Source of the DNA: Octopus sinensis
Taxonomy: Eukaryota
Assembly (NCBI RefSeq): GCF_006345805.1
Contig: NC_043001.1
Span: 7,006,001-7,070,000 of the forward strand
DNA: 64,000 nucleotides
Direction of reading: 5' to 3'
Below the pieces are notes generated by a model that searched no databases, had not been told where the DNA came from, and saw nothing but the letters and a program-made list of their open reading frames with translations. The position numbers were made by a program, and so were the translations under genes. This document shows, piece after piece, positions 39,223 through 54,559 of the stretch; position 1 is the first letter of the stretch; each line of letters starts with the position of its first letter.

Positions 39223-42200
39223 TTAATTTTAAATAAAATATCAAAAGATTAAAAAGTTATGCATGAATGATTTAGAAGAACGAATGGTTAAAAAATTGAA
39301 AGAAGTAATGAAATGAAAAAAAAAATTCAAAGATGTAAATTGGAAAATTCTATTAGCTGAAGTATAAAGGTAGATTTGAAACTATAGCAATAAAAAGTTT
39401 TAAGTGTTAAATTCACCAGATTAAAAATAAAAATTAAGCATATCGTTGTGAGGGTATATAAAATTATATGTTCTAAAGCAAAAAGTACATAAAACGTTAT
39501 AAACTTTAAGAAATATGTGAGGTATGGACCTAAATATGCGAATGCAAATAAGTGGATGGTGATCAGTGATAATCCATAGGTTTATAAGAAAAGTGGATTA
39601 TACTAAAATATGAAATAATTATATAGACAGAAAATGTGCGGATATAAAAATAATATTATATGTCTATAGGCGTACAGATTGTTTCACACACGTCCACATC
39701 TAAATTCTCCACGTGCGCATGCACACACAATTGTGGTTGATTGCATATGGGTCAATAAACTTCACTATGAAAAAGACATAATTACTTCCTAAAGAAAAGT
39801 AACGGTAGAAAACGTTTAAGTAAAATTGCCGAAGTTAAACCATTTAAATATAATAATACAATATATATCGAACATTAAACATATAAAATACGATAAAATT
39901 TCATAGCTGCTCTCGTTACTTGTGTGGTGAAGGAGATCAAAAATATTAGAATGTACTCGGTGGCTTGCTGACAGTTGCCGAAAGTTTCTCTTTGGTATTA
40001 AAACAGATACTAGGATCAATCCATTCTTCAGGATAAATCGCCTTTCTGAGTTCCTAGTCTTGCACATTTTACTGCTGTTAGCTTAGAATACAGAATTTTG
40101 CAGTTAATTGTGTTTTTGTAGCTTTTCTGTCTAAATTTCATGCATTGCGAATTTGGTGGTGGTTCGTGTGTTCCAATTCCTAAAGGAAGAGTTAAGAAAA
40201 TATGAGGAATCTTCCTCATATTTTCCGTCCATAAATCTCATGTAACTCTTGGTACAGGAGGTGTTATTAGTAATGATCGCGTCTTATACAATGGTTTCAG
40301 TCATATAGGCTCCATTCAGTTTAAAAAGATCTCTAGGCCACATCGATCACCCATACGTCATTTAGGTGAGATGGCTTATTGGTTAAATCGTCAGAGCTTT
40401 GGTTTAAATGTTTATGTATTTGTTTCAAATCTCTGCACTGCCAATCCAAATTTCGTCGAGATCTATTTTACGACAATTTTTTTCCGTGGATTCAAAGTAA
40501 CAAACCAGAACAATGAATTAATGGCAATTTCAGAGCATCCAAGAGGGCGCTGTGCTTTGTATCTTCCAGTTATCTTCTCGTATCGGCCGTTAGACTGAGA
40601 TGTCCTGGTGTGGAGAGAAGGAATTTGTAGTATTGAATAAGGCTACGTTTCCCATATATTACTCGTAACTTGTAAATAAAATATGTGTAGAGGTGTAGAT
40701 ATAAGATCAACTCTGACCGAAAGAAGACAAACGTACCCACACACCGCGATAAATACACACATGCAATCACGCATCCACACTCGAATATCAACAATATAAT
40801 ATGTAACTATACATCTATTTGTATGTTTAATTGTGTAGAATCCGTTACTTTCAGAATTAGAATCTAAGTATCACCCATCCAACTCTATTCCAACATTCTT
40901 TAATACCGTTGCATCTAGAACTAACGCTAGATATTAAAGCACCATATTACAGTGAAATTCAGGGAATAAGATAGGAATTGCGTGACAAAACGAGATTTGT
41001 TGCATGATATATCGCTTAGAGCAACACGAATTGTTCTGCGGTTCTTTGGATACTTTCCTCGTTATATTTGTTAGTCTACAGCAGATTCACAGAAGTCGTA
41101 GCAATTTTGTACGATTAAGAATGAATTTAACAGATTTCTTTTAAAATTTCTTTTAATGGAAAGCTACTTTTAGTTGAAAATTTCTTTTACTTTAAACAGT
41201 TCTAAGTGATATATATATATGATAAATATATATATGAAAAAATGCATATCAGGAACAGGGCATCAACAAAGAGTGAAAAACACGTAATCATACAATGTGA
41301 GATAATCACGGGACAATAAAAACAGAAGTCTAACCACTAAGCCTCAGTTCACGAGTGTGATATTATTCCCTATATATGTATATATATATATATATGTTCA
41401 GTAAAAGCAATTAAGATTCAAGTGAGTTCCAACTTAGATGCACCAGAAATCTATATGGTATTAACCATAAAATAATGTGGGGTGATTATAAACAAGAAAA
41501 AGCAACAAGAATGGAATACTTGTGTTGTCTCAACGAAAGGATGCTGCTGATATTTTATATTCCGATACTGACCTTCGACCACGTACTTTGATACCTGTTA
41601 TACAAGAGATATTAGGGCTATATATTCTTGTTGCTCAATCTGAAGATACAATGGAGCAGATCTAGTCCCTGTGGACTATATCTGCAAAATATAGTACGCC
41701 ACCTTAGAGTTTATTGCCAACGTATTGGCGGAAAGATACGGACATCTACTGTTTTTGAGGTTTTTCTTACGTAATACATGCCGTCTTTAAAATGAGTACT
41801 TTAAATAAATTAATATGGGATATTAGCCGAAGTCATGACTGTGGGGTTAGCTTGAAGCGCACATAGCTTCTAACCTTGTGAGTTAATCTGGTGTTTTGCT
41901 AAAGAAATCCCAGTGGAATATCTACATATCTATGTATGTGTGAGCGTGCATGTGAGCGTGTCTGCGTTTCTGAAACACTGTCGCTTGACACTAAGTATTG
42001 CTTCGTTCAGGCCCACTCAACTTAATGTTTCGACGGAAGAGACCGATAGGAAAATGTCAGAATTAATAAATAAATACTGTGCTGACTTGTGCGACTAAAC
42101 TTTTCGCGTAGGTGAAACAGTATGGCTGCAGTCTAATGATCGGAAACAGTAAATGTTAAAAGGTAAAATATAAAAGAAGATAGTGCTTAACATGTATATA

Positions 42201-45200
42201 TAGATATTTAGATATACACGATGTACGTCTGTCTCTATACACACATACACACGCACAAACGCACACACATATATATATACAGTAGCACCTCAGTTTTCGG
42301 ACAATAAATCGTAGCTTATATATATATATATATATAATATATATATATATATATAATATATATATATATATAAATATATTTATATATATGTATATATGTG
42401 TGTGTGTGTGTGTGTGTGCGTGTCTCTCTGTGTGTGTGTATGTGTGCGCGTGTTTATATATGTATGTATATATATAAAGCATGATTTATTCGTGATCAGA
42501 GACGTTTGTAAACCTAGTTACCACTGTATTAAATGTATCTGAGACAGACAGGAGATGAACAGATTTGCTCGAAAACCCAAGTTTTACTGTGTATACATAT
42601 ATACACCTATGTATATTTGTTGTTAGTATAGGTACATTCCGAAGAGGACAGACATGTGGCAACACGATAACAAATACAATACGAAAATGTAAATATAAGT
42701 AATCAGAAAAGGGAACAAATAAGATGTCATATCGACTGAGGCAGAACCGAAGTACAACGCCGATGGAATGAAAATTGTGGATACCTTACTTTGCTGCTGT
42801 TAATGAATTCAAGCTGTGGATTACTGACGCAGAAAATTGAATCAGGTTTATAAAGAATTATCGTTGGAAACATTAGATGTCAAGTCCATATGCAAACACG
42901 AATGCACACATCTTGTGGGTTTGAAGGGCGTAAATATTAGGTGTACACAGCAACGTCAAATATTATGGAAATTTATATTTTCGACAAAAAATTGATGGGT
43001 TATGAATATTGTGACAAACTGCCTGCATTACAATTCACTGGAAATGTTAGAGTTGTATTTACTTGAATGCAACGATAGAAATGCAGTCGAATACAATTAA
43101 ATTGATTAGATTATGTGGAGAAAAATGCAGATTACACGTTTTAAAATATCATAACCACTGATGCGAATCCTTGGTAATGGAATTTAGAGAAAATAAATTT
43201 GAGAAAACGAAGAATAGGGACTGTTATGATACAAAGCCAATAGATGGGATCAAGGCTTAAAGGGAAATAGTTAGGAACAATGAATATCATATAAAAAAAA
43301 ATTACGGAGATAATTGATTTGAAACCAATGAGTAAATGGTAATTGTTTTTATATCTCTGCAAAACTATTTCGGATACAACATGCACGAAAATTTATCTAC
43401 TAAAACTTTTTTCATACGGAAACCACTTTTCTATATCAAAGCCTCTAAGTAACGTATAATTCTCTCTCTCTCTTACTCTTACTCTGTCTCTCTCTCTCTC
43501 TTTCTTTCTCGGTATCCTGTCTCTCCTTTTTTGCAGTGTTGTGTGTGTACCATTCTCCTTGTGGAAAGTTGTACTAATGCATTTTCAGGAAAATAACATA
43601 AGGACGCATTTGTTATGTGAAAAAAGTATTTTTATTTATTTGACTTTCATATATATGCATATGTGTGTGTGTCTGTGGGTGTGTGGGTGCGCCAAAATTA
43701 TATATATGATAAAAGTATTTTACACGTATGTTAAAAAAAGATTATCACTCCTATTGAAACAAATGAGTATATATCTAAAGTGTTCACGAGGTTTCAAGCC
43801 TTGCCTATTATTTTTTCGTGTATATATATAAAAGTAAGTAGAGTATAGTTACACGTAACACATTGCGTCATTTACAGATAAGAACACAAGACGTGCAAAA
43901 TAATTATCCGTTAAAGGGATCGAATCCTAAATCCTTGAGCAAGGACAGATCCAATATATCCTGGGGCTTTATAGTCATTGCCAGTAAATATAAGGGATCA
44001 GCCAGTAGATATAGTCTGTGAATCACAGAAAAATTAAACGTTTTAACATCCACAGTAAGTATTTGGAACATTCGGGAAAACAAGAATAAGGTAAAATTTG
44101 TGTTGTAACATTGGTTAGCTCCCACTATTCTTTTTCCTGTTTCCTAACTCATGATCTTATCCTGTTCGAATGTCATTTTCTCTAAAAGTAACTGAGGAAC
44201 GGTCCAGTTCTGTGCTTCGGAAAATTTGTGAAATAAATTTAAGTTTCGGCTATGAAACCCTGGGTAGCTGCACTTAGAAAAAATTATGTTTTCTATTATG
44301 ACACAATATCTATGTACATCTCTGTCTGTCTCTGTCTGTCTGTCTGTCTTTCTCTCTAATATATATATAATGTGTGCGTATACGTATATATGTATATGAA
44401 TATACAGATGGAGAAGTGGTTTATGAGGGAATTGAATGGAATTTCCGTTTAAGATGCGTTTATTTTGAAAAATATTGCAGTTACACTGAAGTGATATTCT
44501 ACTCCATACACTTTTCTATCTGATCCGAGTAAACGACTCAACCTAAAACAGGAAACAAAGAGTATAAATCTTGTTTATTTTCTTAGTTTTAATGTCGTTT
44601 TTTTTCTGGATTTCGTTTTATATTAACTTCTCTTAGAATACGTATTTCGAAACATTTGAAAAGATTTGTGCATTATTTGAAATTATTTTTATATCAGAGT
44701 AAATGTACAATTTTTAAAAAAGCAATTCTAGCAGACTATTAGTTTTGACGTGCAGCAAGTCATTAATATTTTAAAATCATGTTCTGTTTTTTTATTTCGT
44801 ATGTTCAAAGAATTTATTAACTTAAAGATGATTCATTCAACAATGCTAGAAATTAGTAAATGTTGGTGACAATATTGTATTTCTGCTTGCTAACACATCA
44901 AAGGATGTTTAAAATGTAATTTCGAATATAAACTCTATTTATGTATCGAATGTCACTATATATTCTGTACATCTCTGTTAGCACATCTGTTATTCTCTGG
45001 TAAATTGATGTTTTTTTTTTGAGAATCAAAGACTATATTTTGATATATCTAATATTGTCAATGTACTTATGTAATGACAGTTTACATTTCTATTTACTGT
45101 CCCGTTAATATAAATCGAAGTCTTCCTAAGTCCTGATAAGCTGATTACGGTAAGACTACTTTGTAACACTCATTAAGACATTGTTTCCAGCTCATCTTCC

Positions 45201-45971
45201 TTCATATTTATCCTGATATGACTTTGTTAATCTACAACACATCTTATGTTGCACATTCCTCCGTAAAAAGAATTTGGAATTAGCAAATATACGCTCCATG
45301 TTCACAGATAATGAGTTTATCAATTTTAAGCATGATACCAGGCATTTCAGTGGTTATCATTTAAATTTAGGGTTTCTTGTCACATACAAAAGTTTTGTCT
45401 TAATTAATCTCCTTACTACCTGTACGGGTCCCTTCATTCTAGTTGATTGAACCAAAAAGTATTCTGTCATTTCATGATATTCGACTAAATTTGTTGGACT
45501 TTAATTTATACATTAAAACGATAAAAATATCTTTCACTCAATAAATATTGAAAGATGTTTTGTATTAAACTGTAAGCTACAACATATTCCTTATATGCTG
45601 GATATATTTTTATATGATGGTTAATAATTGATTCTTAATTTTGAACATTTGAAGTGAATAGATAGAATAAAGACAATACTTCCGACCCACCTGTTGCTGC
45701 AGTAGTTGTCCTGAGATAACGTCTATCCTGACTTGGTTGTATTAAAATCTCAATAAATATTAGTGGGAAACGAAAATCTGCCCTAACAGCTGGTTGTCAT
45801 CACAAGCTTAAGATATATTTCCATCCCTTCGAATCCTTTAAAGGGTGCGGACTTGCAGTCAAAACAATTGATCAGGTGATTATTCATTATATTTCATACG
45901 TGTAAAATAAAATCCCCACCGTTGGCCACTGCTCGGATGAATTTTTTTCTAAACTTTCTACCCTTATTGTA

Positions 45972-46042
<71 letters not shown>

Positions 46043-46720
46043 TGTGTGCGTTGGTGTGTGGTGTGTGTGATGTGTATGTATTTATATAATATATATATAT
46101 ACATACATACATATATATATATTATATATATACATATAATACATACATACACACACACACACACACACCACCACATACACACACATTATATCAATATATA
46201 TATATATATATATTATATATATTGTCCTGATTAGTGCTTGCAAAGGGCATCATCTTCCCCATCGCTAGTCCTACATAATACACACACACCCGGTTTTCTG
46301 GGTAGTAACCAGTCTTCAGTGCGATTAGAACTCAGTTAAAACGCAAAATACCATATGTGTTTCCCAAGCATTTAATATTTCTTGTTTCTCCTTTTCAGAG
46401 ATCAGCAATAGTTTGTCACTGGAAAAAGCATTTAGTATCTTGCGTCAGGAATGATTTCTCATCGCTAGCTGGCGATTATCATATACTAATGACGGGTTAC
46501 TACACACAAATTCGGGTGTGTGTATCATGTTAGGTTAGAGATGGGAACGATGATTGCCCTTTGCTAATACTAATCAGACATCGAGTTGTTAGCCAGCTGG
46601 AGGAGATGTCCACCTGGGGCTATAAACAATACTATCATCGTACCCAATTAGATCGAAACATATAAGTAGAATACATACTTCACGATATACATATATATAC
46701 ATATACATACACACACACAC

Positions 46721-46760
<40 letters not shown>

Positions 46761-47704
46761 TTATGTACGTATTATGGTGTGTGTATGTATATATGTATGT
46801 ATTTACAAAAGGTTAAGAGATTTCCCACGAATTATATGAAAAATCACTATAAGATAGATTTACCAAATGTTGTCAGCTGAGGATATTGAAGATAAAACGG
46901 GTGATACATTAGTCTACGTTCTCTCAGCGCCTCAAATTTCTGGCCGAATAGAGCTGAATAATTAGCCTCCACCCGATTATGAACCGAAATTCCGATGCCG
47001 CTTCAGTTCATCGCTCCCTTCTTCGGAAAGATATACCAATTATTCAGGAAAGTTCCATTATCCATCGAATAGTGCGTAGCTAGAGAACGTTCATCACTCC
47101 TGAAATTGTGTTTGAGAAATTGACGTTAGAAGACGTGATTGGTTCTCTCCTGACTGCCTAGCAAAGGGGATTCGAAACTCTGGATGTAGTATTACACATA
47201 GGAAACTGCCGATCATTAAAATTACCGTTACTGGACTTGCTGCTACTCCAGCAGACGGTAGCACTGCTGTACAGAGGTCAAAACTTGTAATGTCCAACTA
47301 CTATGATAGAAAAAAGCAATATGCGTGGCTAGAGATTAACTAGACCTACAGAGAATCTGTGCTTCATAGCGGGTGTCATTACGTGTGAGGAAGCTACGAA
47401 CAGAAGTGATAAGGGTCATCAATAATACTCAAACTTGATTAATCTTGCTGGAAACGGTACATGCACAACGTAGTTGTTAATAGCTTTGGAGTTCACAGCA
47501 TCATAATAGCGCAGTTCACAGCATCATTATCTTTGAGGAGAAACAGACCTGCTTGCAAGGGTACCCCAACCACTTCATACATTTCTTGTCTTAGAAATAA
47601 GGAGTAGATGGAGTATATTTGGTCGAAATCTACATAAAAAGTGTCTAATTTTCTCTTGATTTCAGATATGGAGACGTGAAGAGGGCACCGGGTGAGTGCG
47701 AGTG

Positions 47705-48091
47705 GAATGTGGAAGCACTCCGTCGGTTACGACGACGAGGGTTCCGGTTGATCCGAATCAACGGAACAGCCTGCTCGTGAAATTAACGTGTAAGTGGCTG
47801 CGTACTCCACAGACACGTGTACCCTTAACGTAGTTCTCGGGGATATTCAGCGTGACACAGAGAGTGACAAGGCCGGCCCTTTGAAATACAGGTACAACAG
47901 AAACAGGAAGTAAGAGTGAGAGAAAGTTGCGATGAAAGAGTACAGCATGGATCACCACCATCCCTGCCGGTGCCTCGTGGAGCTTTAGGTGTTTTCGCTC
48001 AATAAACACTCACAACGCCCGGTCTGGGAATCGAAACCGCGATCCTATGACCGCGAGTCCACTGCCCTAACCACTGGGCCATTGCGCCTCC
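47705..48091 (-). mobile_element. tRNA-derived SINE family B, full length
   Basis: Minus strand: GGAGGCGCAATGGCCCAGTGGTTAGGG (A-box), GGTTTCGATTCCC (B-box), central domain, tail ending GGAACCCTCGTCGTCGTAACCGACGGAGTGC. Confidence 0.92.
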
Positions 48092-48556
48092 ACTGCGTGC
48101 AAGTATGTCACGCATAAAACAGCTGATAAACCACTTCTCCACCAATCGTAGGGAGATAATCTCATTAAAGCAAAATTCTAAATCTTAAAAGGAGTATTTC
48201 ATGACACACGTGTTAACTTCGTAATACATTTGTATAACCTGAAATCTATAATGTAGACAGGGGCCTTCCTTGTACAGAAAATAACCTTGTTGGGGTTTCA
48301 ATCGCCGGCTCCTCAAATAGGTAAAATGTATTATTCATTATTAATCGCTCTGTAGGATAGAATGTAACATATTCACTGACAATCTGATGTTCACAAACAC
48401 TACCCTGTACAGACATAGAGATGCACATACACATACAATCACACGTAAATAGGCATATAGACACGTTTATATATTACGCCGAATAATGGCTTTTTGGGAA
48501 GTTTTGTAAAAATAACGAGCTTATAAAGAGAGGATTGTATACAAACATATAGACAT

Positions 48557-48634
<78 letters not shown>

Positions 48635-48635
48635 C

Positions 48636-48696
<61 letters not shown>

Positions 48697-48734
48697 TATA
48701 CGTATGTATATGTATATATACGTATATATATATA

Positions 48735-48767
<33 letters not shown>

Positions 48768-48847
48768 CGTATATATACATATACATTTACTCATACATAT
48801 ATATATATATACATATATATATATACAGGCATATGCATATATATATA

Positions 48848-48897
<50 letters not shown>

Positions 48898-48987
48898 AGC
48901 GCGTGAGATAGAACTCTCGTTTAGGCAAAGAAGATATGTAGATGATTAATATTTGTTTGTATACTATTCTGTATTCATTTAATTGCT

Positions 48988-48994
48988 AATAATG

Positions 48995-49077
<83 letters not shown>

Positions 49078-49119
49078 TATAATAATAATAATAATAATAG
49101 TAATAATAATAATAATAAT
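48988..49119. repeat. (AAT)n trinucleotide microsatellite, about 130 bp
   Basis: Directly visible. Confidence 0.97.
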
Positions 49120-51254
49120 GGTAGTAACTTGGTTACATTAAATCGAATTGTTAAACCTCTGATTCATGTCTCTTCTCAAGACTGTGTTTTGATAACGGCA
49201 CTATAATATATAAAACATTGATATCTTCCAGATAAATACAATATATTATTAATAAAATATTTCGTTTGTGACTCTAATAGATTACTTTGCCTATCTAACG
49301 TAATCATTTGTTTTGTTTTGTAGATGATATCTTGAAGATAAATGAAACAATATAAATATGGTCTCATTTTCTTTACACAGAACATTTATACTTCTTCGTA
49401 ACCTTACTTTTGTTTATGTTTATAGCCGGTGATATTTTATAGGTATCTCTATCTTTAAGTGATATTAGATTGCCCTCCTAAATCATTATCTTAGTGTTTC
49501 AGATATGAAAATCATTTGCGAGATTATTTTATATGATTTCCTTGTGCACACGTATATTATTTCTGAATAGAGAAAATAGAAAAATAGTGATTTTGATTCA
49601 CCTCGCTGTGATACAAATAGAAACCACTTGCCGCGAGGACATCGGTAAATATATGTAGCATTTACACGTCAATGCTGCTTACATTCTTAATCTAGAAACG
49701 AATCCGTCAAAGATTATTTTCTATACACACAGAGTTTGTTGAAGTTATAAACAAGCAGAGAAATATCCGGGTTAAAATGGAAGTACTTTAAACTCCACTA
49801 CGAACGTTGCTGTCAACAAATATTTTGTTAACTCTATATTTAGGAATGAATATGAGATCTTCATATATTTGCGTCTCTCGTGATCAAAGAAAATTGTTGA
49901 ACCTGGCCATTAAAATGTTTTGGCGCTTTAAGTAGGAAACAAACCTCACTTTTCTCCGACAGAAACGTTTGTAGACAAACGCTAACATAAAACTCGATAA
50001 TGGTATTTACTGGAAGAAGCGTGGCCTAGTAATTATAATGATGCTTTAACGATTGAATGATTGTGGTTCCTATTGCGTTGTGTTCTTCACCAAAACACTT
50101 TATTTTAGATTGCAGAAATCAAATCAGCAGGGAATTATTTGCCGAAATAGCTGAGGAATTCACCCTTAGACACACCAGCAATCCGTTCATGTGGCCGTGT
50201 TGTGGTCTTGCACTTTTATCGGTAGCTCTTGCTTTATAAGTGCAAGAGAGAACAAAAGCTATTTATATTTGTGTATCGCTTTCGTTACTATCCTTGCTTG
50301 TGCTTTGCAATTACGTAGAGCCAATAACCTGTTTCTCCCCTTATATGGGACCTGGTAACTGTGGCAAAATTCAATTACAATTCATATCATCCATGCTGTA
50401 TAATCCATGTTTGTTTTCTATACACAGGGAACACTTTGCATTTATTTAATAAGTGGAAGTTCTTGCATTGTATGTTAGCTTTGAATAGAATATGCTACTG
50501 ATCGGATGACAATGATACATTTTCAGGGATCGATAATAAATTTTTATGCCTACAACGGAATATTATTGCGATAAATCACTTGGCGAAAATATAAAATAAA
50601 AACTATAAATATATTTTAGTTTGAAGTTGACCTTCATATTCTAGGTTCTAAACGCGAAGAGAAAAAAAAAGCTATGCAATATTGTACCAGTTATATAACA
50701 CGGTAAATAGTTGCAAGAGAGAAATACAGCCAGCTACAATTTTTCTTTTTAAATGTATGAATTTCTTCTGTCTTTTTATGTGCTAATTTTAAAGGCCACG
50801 AAGGTCAAATGTCTCTACCATACTTTACGGATCGCTACATTAAAGTGCCATTTCGATATTGGGGTCAGTTGCATCGACTAAGCACACTTCCCCCAAATTT
50901 CAGATCTTTAACTAAATCAGAATGCACTTTTTGTGGGGTACGCAGAATGGTGAGAATCCAAGCCATAATGTACCTTTTCGGACGCAGTCAAATGACAAAA
51001 ACAAGTAAAAGAATAGAATAATAATTAATACATTCAGTGAGGGAATGAGCGCCCGCCGTTCTTTTCGTCATCAGAGAAAACATCCTCTTTGTAGATGATG
51101 TGTATTCATAACACACACATTCGCGTGTAGAAGTGACTTTTAGACACGACGGTGTTTCGAATTCATCCAAACTACACCAGCTCAGAAAGAAATAAGGGGC
51201 AGAAGCTCTCCTAGCAGAAAAATGCTGTCTGAACATTTATGTAAAATAGGTAAA

Positions 51255-51436
51255 AAGTGACGGGCAACATGCTTAGTGACATTTCATGTGTCTCTATGGT
51301 CTGAGTTCGAATTCCGCTGGGGTCGGCTTCGTCTTTCTTTCTTACGAGGTCGATAAAATTGTAACAGTGGGACACTGAAGTGAATGTAATCGACTTAGTC
51401 CCGATCCTAACATTGCTGGTCAAGAACCGAAATAAG
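51255..51436 (+). mobile_element. Degenerate SINE family D
   Basis: CTGAGTTCGAATTCCGCTGGGGTCGGCTT...GAGGTCGATAAAAT. Confidence 0.7.
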
Positions 51437-51689
51437 AAAGCAATATTCTATAATTGATCAAGTTTTATTATTGATACGCATCAATCTGTCAAAATGCCAT
51501 ACGCAAAAGTTAAAGGAAATATTCTCTATAGGACAAACCCGTTGTAGTTTAGTTTTCCGGTGCTACAGGCTTCTTTATGCGACCATCAGGCATCAGTCTG
51601 CCAACCGGCACCGTCCACTGAAGTGGCGATGCTACGTGGTGCGCTTTTCTTTTACAGTCCTTCTCACCTGTTCGTCGATTTTTGCGACG

Positions 51690-52125
51690 AACCAGTTTGC
51701 TTACATGAAATTCTGTTTTCTACTGAGGGAAAACAGTAACTAAAACAGTTGCCGTGCTTTAAAGAACTTATAAGTGTGACGCAATGAGCAAAACAGAAGC
51801 TTACGAGTGGTTGAATTCCAAACTCGTTCAGAGTGACCGTCAGCCTCACTAAAATTCATGACCTGATCTTGGAGGAACGTCTCTGAACATTTGAAGCACT
51901 TGTTGATATGACTGGTGTGTCTTGGAGTTCCTGCCAACGAGGAACTGCAAATGAAAAGAGTTGTTGCAAAATTTGTGCCTCTCTTACTCACGGAATATCA
52001 AAAACAGTCACGACTGAATGTGTGACGTGAATTGAAAGAACAGTTGGGAGTTCATCCGGACCTTTTTCCGAAGGTCATCACTGGTGAAGGAAGCTGGTGT
52101 ACGGCTACGACTTGAAAACGGGTAG
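51690..52125 (+). pseudogene. Relic of a second, unrelated mariner transposase (N-terminal half)
   Basis: MKFCFLL..., AMSKTEAYEW, ELQMKRVVAKFVPLLLTEYQKQSRL, KVITGEGSW..YGYD (mariner WVPxxL and ITGDETW motifs, decayed). Confidence 0.75.
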
Positions 52126-53560
52126 TAAGGAATTCCATGGAACCATTCAGTACGTGGTTCCCCCTTCGGTTTATCTTTTAAACATTATAAGTCTGTAATA
52201 TAATCATGAATTTCTTAAGTTAATAGCTTATTCCTTTTTTATCTCTTCCTTCTTCTCACCGCTGTGTACTCGACTAACTCTTCGTTCAGAAACATACGTA
52301 TATTGTGTTCGAATGGTTTATATCAAATCTGACCTAAGACATTCCAAACAACACTAGGTTTACCGAATTTACAGGGATGTATCGCTGGTTCTCTCTATTA
52401 TTCTTGTGGTTAATTTTCTGGGGTGTTTCATTTTTTTCATTTTTTTTTTTTGCTAACATGGTAGAATATATTGGACGGTAGAATGCGTCTTGAGCGGCGG
52501 ATGGCTGTTGCTTTTTCACTAAATATTTATTACTTATAACCTACGTCTTCATGCTACCGGATTTTCACCCGATTAGAAATACAGCAATGCAAATGGAATG
52601 TTTGGAAAGAAAAAATTTATCAGATAAATAAAAAGTTTGGAGTTTTAGTTTAAAGGATACAATCGAAGGATATAGTGATAGAATGAACTTTGCGTTTGTG
52701 AGAAATACAAACATAACATGAGTGATAACAATAACATTTCGTAGTTCCATTTATACATTTTGAATATTATCAGAACACGACTGAGCAGAATTGTTTAGAG
52801 ATAAAATAAAGTTGATATATGATCCTGTACTGTTTCTTTCAACGAACTTGGCGTTGATAATTAAATATTTCCGCCATTTTTGTATACAAATCGTTTCCAC
52901 ACTATATCTTCCATCGCCAAGTATTTGCGATTATTCTTGTCAAAAAAATATTTTTATAAACATAATATAAACAGGGAAAGAGACAAATTGGCGTCAGTTT
53001 TATGAAGTCGATAAATGCTTGAGAAGATTTAGTTTCACCTCACACTTTCCTGTCGTAAAATTATCTGGAGTTGATTTTCGATTTCGTTTCTTCTGACTGA
53101 AAAAATTCTGGGTTGTGTTCAACAGACTACAACACATTCAGTCAACAGTTACGTCTAACATGTAAAGCTTGCAAGTGTATAAACTAAAGTTATAATCTAT
53201 AATTTGTAGCAGCAAATATTCTAGATATACCATGTACTATCTATTTGCTTATATTTTGAGGCGTAATTTTATTAAATATACCTATGATTCCTTAATTATG
53301 TTTATAAAATTTTTAGATTTTCATTTTTGCTACAGATAAAGCAATTTAAAACGAAACACTTGAAAGCACAGCTTACATGAGAAACGATAAATAACCTCTC
53401 AAGATAGCTCTATGTTTGAAACGAAAATACTTTAAGGTTGGTAGTTTGTCAAAATGTGTACAACGAAAAACAAATCACCGAGCATGCTCAAAGGACATTT
53501 CTAAGTACAAACAATGCTGGTGTATTGTTATCAGTGCGGTCATTAATACAAAATTTATTA

Positions 53561-53972
53561 TAGGCGCAGGAGTGGCTGTGTGGTAAGTAGCTTGCTAACC
53601 AACCACATGGTACCGGGTTCAGTCCCACTGCGTGGCATCTTGGGCAAGTGTCTTCTGCTATAGCCCCGGGCCGACCAATGCCTTGTGAGTGGATTTGGTA
53701 GACAGAAACTGAAAGAAGCCTGTCGTATATATGTATATATATATGCATGTGTGTTTGTTTGTGTGTCTGTGTTTGTCCCCCTAGCATTGCTTGACAACCG
53801 ATGCTGGTGTGTTTATGTCCCCGTTACTTAGCGGTTCGGCAAAAGAGACCGATAGCATAAGTACTGGGCTTACAAAAAAAAAGAATAAGTTCCGGGGTCG
53901 ATTTGCTCGAGTAAAGGCGGTGCTCCAGCATGGCCGCAGTCAAATGACTGAAACAAGTAAAAGAGTAAAAGT
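53561..53972 (+). mobile_element. SINE family A, full length (reference copy)
   Basis: A-box TGGCTGTGTGG, B-box-like GGTTCAGTCCC, CTTGGGCAAG domain, internal (TA)/(TG) tract, tail GGCGGTGCTCCAGCATGGCCGCAGTCAAATGACTGAAAC + (AAAAGAGT)-like repeats. Confidence 0.93.
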
Positions 53973-54389
53973 GAGAGAGTATATACATATATACGTAAGA
54001 CTAAAATATAGCAAAAACATGTAATGGCTTAGGAAACGATATCTAAATTATATAAACGTGACAACCCTATTAATATATCTCTGATAATACTGGAATTATT
54101 GCATAATACTCATGGCTACAGCATCAGTTATTACTAATCCGAAACAGCTGTAAAGCGTACATTAATTTAATCATTCTGATATTTGTATTATCAAATTTCC
54201 ATGAAAATACACTACGTACACCTACGTATTATCACCAGCTTTATATTTACTTCCATTTCCATTCGGTGATGAATAAGTGACTATCTAACAAGCACCATCT
54301 GAGCATTTACATTGTGAATTAGCTTACTAACAAAATACTGCAGTTACTAAATGAATTGTTAGCTAGCGCAATATATATATATATATATT

Positions 54390-54441
<52 letters not shown>

Positions 54442-54462
54442 ATATATATATATATATATAAT

Positions 54463-54494
<32 letters not shown>

Positions 54495-54559
54495 AATAAT
54501 AATATAATACGAATGTATTACTCTCCAGTAAAAGATAGCCCATAAGGGTAAAATTATAC

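Noticed and set aside
41655-41690. Minus-strand IVHRD after a TTTTGCAG acceptor (kinase catalytic-loop-like)
   Set aside because: It is immediately followed by a stop and lacks the KPEN/AARN continuation.
47094-47340. Overlapping 67-76-codon open frames on both strands with protein-like text
   Set aside because: No homology is recognisable and the splice signals are ambiguous.
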